From positions 39,203-103,202 of the forward strand of contig JANVYR010000001.1 of assembly GCA_030059665.1 (NCBI GenBank): 64,000 nucleotides of DNA. The letters run 5' to 3'. Origin of the DNA: Candidatus Calditenuis fumarioli. Its GTDB lineage: Archaea; Thermoproteota; Nitrososphaeria_A; Caldarchaeales; Calditenuaceae. How positions within the stretch are numbered: position 1 is the stretch's first letter; each line of letters opens with the position of its first letter. Positions 62,762-64,000 of this stretch are shown piece after piece. A program made the translations under genes and the position numbers. The notes beneath the pieces were generated by a model. That model was not told the DNA's origin and did not search any database. It was given only the letters and a program-made list of their open reading frames with translations.

Positions 62762-63490
62762 TCAATCGGTCACCTCTCCGTAGGCCGCGAACCTCTTCTG
62801 GAGCGCCTTCTTCTGGGCCTCGTAGAGGACCTCTATCCCCTTCTTGGCCATACGCATGGCCTCCGAGAACTCCTCCCTCGTGAGCCGGCCGTTTAGCTGG
62901 AGCAGCACGATCGAGTTTATCGAGGGAGCCATCCCAACCGGCAGGTCGGCCTCGCAGTTCTTGTCCTCCTCCTCGCTCAGGTCCAGGACCAGCCTACCGG
63001 CAACCTTACCCACGGCGACGCCCGCAACGAGATCGGCCATAGGAATCCCAGCGTCGGCCAGCGCCAGAGAGGCGGCCGTGAGCCCTGCGGTCCTGGTTCC
63101 TGCGTCGGCCTGGATCACCTCCACGAAGACCTCGATCATCGACCTCGGGTACTCCTCCAGGAACAGGACGCTCTCCAGGGCCTCCCTGATGACCTTCGAG
63201 AGCTCGTGCTCCCTCCTCGTCATCCCAGGGGCCTTCCTCTCGGAGACGCTGAAGGTCGCCATGTGGTACCTGCACTGGAGGATGGCCCTGTGGGGCTGCG
63301 CGATATGCCTCGGATGCGCCTCCTTCGGGCCGTAAACCGCGGCGTAGATCTTGGTCTTCCCCATCTCGATGTAGGCGGAGCCGTCGGCGTTCTCCAGGAC
63401 CCCGACCTCCATCCTGAAGGGCCTCAGCTCGTCGGGCTTCCTGCCGTCGACGCGGGTACCGTCCTCCCTGATGAGCAATGCCTTCTCCAT
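62762..63490 (-). CDS. rrp41: Exosome complex exonuclease Rrp41
   Basis: 242 aa from the internal M ([17 protein letters not shown]...). An RNase PH domain with the phosphate-binding region. Its ATG overlaps the rrp4 stop (ATGA). Confidence 0.9.
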   Translation of the reverse strand: MEKALLIREDGTRVDGRKPDELRPFRMEVGVLENADGSAYIEMGKTKIYAAVYGPKEAHPRHIAQPHRAILQCRYHMATFSVSERKAPGMTRREHELSKVIREALESVLFLEEYPRSMIEVFVEVIQADAGTRTAGLTAASLALADAGIPMADLVAGVAVGKVAGRLVLDLSEEEDKNCEADLPVGMAPSINSIVLLQLNGRLTREEFSEAMRMAKKGIEVLYEAQKKALQKRFAAYGEVTD

Positions 63491-64000
63491 CACTCCTCCA
63501 CCAGCTCCTCCCAAAGCGCCCTCCTCAAGACCCCCATCACCTTCTCCTTAAGGCCCTCGAGCGTCGGCTCGGTATCGACCAGCCTGATCGCCGACGCGGC
63601 TGCGAACTCGTTCTTCGTCGACGGCCCGACGATCGCGATGTAGCCGTTCATGCCGATGTAGAGCTTGCACTGGGACTCGCGCTCGATGGTCTCTTGGAGC
63701 TCCCTGTCCCGCACCAGCAACCTCGGTACCCTCGTGGGCGACATGGTGACTATGAAACCCCGGGTTATCCTGTGGGCGTCCTTTCCTCCCTTCAGCATCA
63801 CGCCCTTCACCCCCGCGAAGGCGATGGCCGTGTAGATCACGTCGCCTATCGTGACCTGGGACTCCTTCCCGGACTTCTTCGCTTTCTTGGCCCTGAGGAT
63901 GCCGGTTATGCCCCAGCCGAGGTCGAGCTCGTAATAACTCGGCTTGATGTCGACGACGATCCCTATCACCCGGTCGTTCTCCCTCGGCTTGTAGGGCCCC
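63490..64000 (-). CDS. rrp4: Exosome complex RNA-binding protein Rrp4 (S1 + KH), C-terminal part; the N-terminus lies beyond the right edge of the window
   Basis: The translation continues without a stop to the window edge (..[30 protein letters not shown]...[14 protein letters not shown]). The KH domain is visible. Confidence 0.7.
   Translation of the reverse strand, partial: GPYKPRENDRVIGIVVDIKPSYYELDLGWGITGILRAKKAKKSGKESQVTIGDVIYTAIAFAGVKGVMLKGGKDAHRITRGFIVTMSPTRVPRLLVRDRELQETIERESQCKLYIGMNGYIAIVGPSTKNEFAAASAIRLVDTEPTLEGLKEKVMGVLRRALWEELVEE

Noticed and set aside
1-64000. CRISPR arrays, IS elements, rRNA genes
   Set aside because: No spaced direct repeats, transposase-like ORFs or rRNA-like segments were seen in any intergenic region.

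Overview
This 64-kb window is high-GC (about 65%) and looks archaeal. The evidence is TFB, aIF-1A, aIF-2 beta, SUI1, aCPSF1, exosome Rrp4/Rrp41/Rrp42, KEOPS Kae1 and Bud32, archaeal-type ProRS, a pgk-gap operon, a candidate EndoQ, a TrpB2 paralog, and intron-containing tRNAs. Almost all of it is coding. Gene blocks, left to right:

- Amino-acid uptake and catabolism: a partial xanthine-DH-family Mo-oxidoreductase, two acyl-CoA dehydrogenases, two ornithine-cyclodeaminase/mu-crystallin paralogs, and a LivJ-HMG branched-chain amino-acid ABC importer. Its LivF ATPase lies 19 kb away.
- Transport and surface: a SAM methyltransferase overlapping a flippase-like membrane protein, a BMP-family ABC transporter (two permeases and a Tat-signal binding protein), and a large N-glycosylated surface protein.
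- Translation and tRNA modification: ProRS, aIF-1A, a MiaB/MtaB-like methylthiotransferase and CysRS.
- Central metabolism and respiration: pgk-gap, a P-type ATPase, a compact heme-copper oxidase coxB-coxA pair, citrate synthase, PrpD, a LeuC-like aconitase-family subunit and a PNP/UDP phosphorylase.

Three loci stand out:

1. A roughly 1.9-kb low-GC islet bracketed by two tRNA genes. It encodes an AAA_15/AAA_21-type SMC-like ABC ATPase and an overlapping small protein with a PD-(D/E)xK-like core. This is a candidate two-gene defence module, possibly a new pairing.
2. A eukaryote-like ubiquitin cassette: a GG-ended ubiquitin homolog, a UBC-fold E2 with an HPN motif, and an E1-like activating enzyme. 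No RING E3 or JAMM/Rpn11 deubiquitinase is present in the window.
3. An orphan-looking DNA amino-methyltransferase whose stop overlaps the start of an uncharacterised 376-aa partner, preceded by an AT-rich spacer. This is a candidate restriction-modification or other defence pair.

Three tRNAs are also noteworthy: tRNA-Thr(CGU) with a 17-nt canonical intron, a tRNA-Met(CAU) candidate with one or possibly two introns, and a tRNA-Gly(CCC)-like gene with an atypical anticodon loop. Coordinates for features not on the ORF track (tRNAs, promoters, the partial CDS at the left edge) come from manual reading and may be off by 2-3 nt.
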